From: Octopus bimaculoides
Taxonomy: Eukaryota
Reading direction: 5' to 3'
DNA length: 64,000 nucleotides
Assembly: GCF_001194135.2 (NCBI RefSeq)
Contig: NC_068993.1
Span: 36,815,150-36,879,149 of the forward strand
The number at the start of each line of letters is the position of its first letter. Position 1 is the first letter of the stretch. Of this stretch, positions 63,068 through 64,000 are shown piece after piece. The notes under the pieces were generated by a model. It was not told where the DNA came from and did no database searches. It saw only the letters and a program-made list of their open reading frames with translations. A program made the position numbers and the translations under genes.

Positions 63068-63780
63068 ATATATCATCACTTAACGTCCGCTTTCCATGCT
63101 GGCATGGGTTGGACGGTTTGACTGAGGACTGGTGAAACCGGATGGCAACACCAGGCTCCAATCTGATCTGGCAGAGTTTCTACAGCTGGATGCCCTTCCT
63201 AACGCCAACCACTCCGAGAGTGTAGTGGGTGCTTTTACGTGCCACCAGCACGAGGGCCAGTCAAGCGGTACTGGCAACGGCCATGTTCAAATGGTGTTTT
63301 TACGTGTCACCTGCACAGGAGCCAGTCCAGTGGCACTGGCAATGCCCTCGCTCGAATGCTGTCTTTCATGTACCACCGGCACAAGTGCCAGTAAGGCGAC
63401 GCTGGTAACGATCATGCTCGAATGGTGCTTTTTATGTGCTACTGGCACGGTGGCCAGTCAGCAGCCCTGGCAATGATCACGCTTGGATGGTGCTCTTAGT
63501 GCTCCACTAGCACGGATGCCAGTCATGTGGTGCTGTCATTGAATTTGATTTCGATTTCACTTGCCTCAACAGGTCTTCGCAAGCAGAGTTTAGTGTCCAA
63601 TGAAAGAAAGGTATGCATAAGTGGGCTGGTTACACCACTGGCTAGGCCATGGGTTACGGTCTCACTTGGCTTGTCAGGTCTTCTCAAACACATCATATTT
63701 CCAAAGGTCTCGGTCACTAGTCATTGCCTCAGTGAGGCCTAATGTTTGAAGGTTGTGCTTCACCACCTCATCCCAGGTCT
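63068..63780 (-). mobile_element. RTE-type LINE 3' end
   Basis: Reverse complement of the same family as 55560-56278. Confidence 0.8.
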
Positions 63781-64000
63781 TCCTAACAGCAAACACTAAC
63801 ATAATACCCCTCTGACACCAACCAACTAGAGACCACCTTGGTTTCTATAATACAAAATCTCCTATTTCAAAATGTTAATATTTAATTGAAGTCCAACCAT
63901 CATGTTTTCAATTAAGAAATGTTTATTATAAATAATGGCAGATCTGTCATTATTAATTTGATTTCTGGAATATAGGTGGCAGAAGAATTACAGCGTGATG

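Overview
AT-rich, repeat-dense eukaryotic genomic DNA. The repeat families look like those of a coleoid cephalopod, most likely Octopus (inferred from recognition, not a search). The window contains most of one gene, THOC2 (THO complex subunit 2, TREX mRNA export), on the minus strand. I traced 29 phase-consistent coding exons from 47979 down to 1803 (3481 nt) plus one candidate exon at 149-215. Coding exon 1 was not found, and the C-terminal tail continues beyond position 1. Almost all ORFs in the supplied track are spurious (repeats or microsatellites). Introns hold tRNA-derived SINEs, RTE-type LINE fragments, a decayed mariner, a Tc1/mariner-type deletion derivative, pogo-, hAT- and piggyBac-like MITEs, a decayed Ty3/gypsy element and four N gaps. 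The most notable observations are: a U12-type (minor spliceosome) intron; probable GC-donor and GAG-acceptor sites; a stranded, stop-containing duplicate of part of a THOC2 exon about 29.5 kb downstream; two degenerate hammerhead-ribozyme-like motifs; a near-perfect 106-nt palindrome; and inverted SINE pairs that could make dsRNA in the pre-mRNA. I see no convincing evidence of a wholly new biological system.
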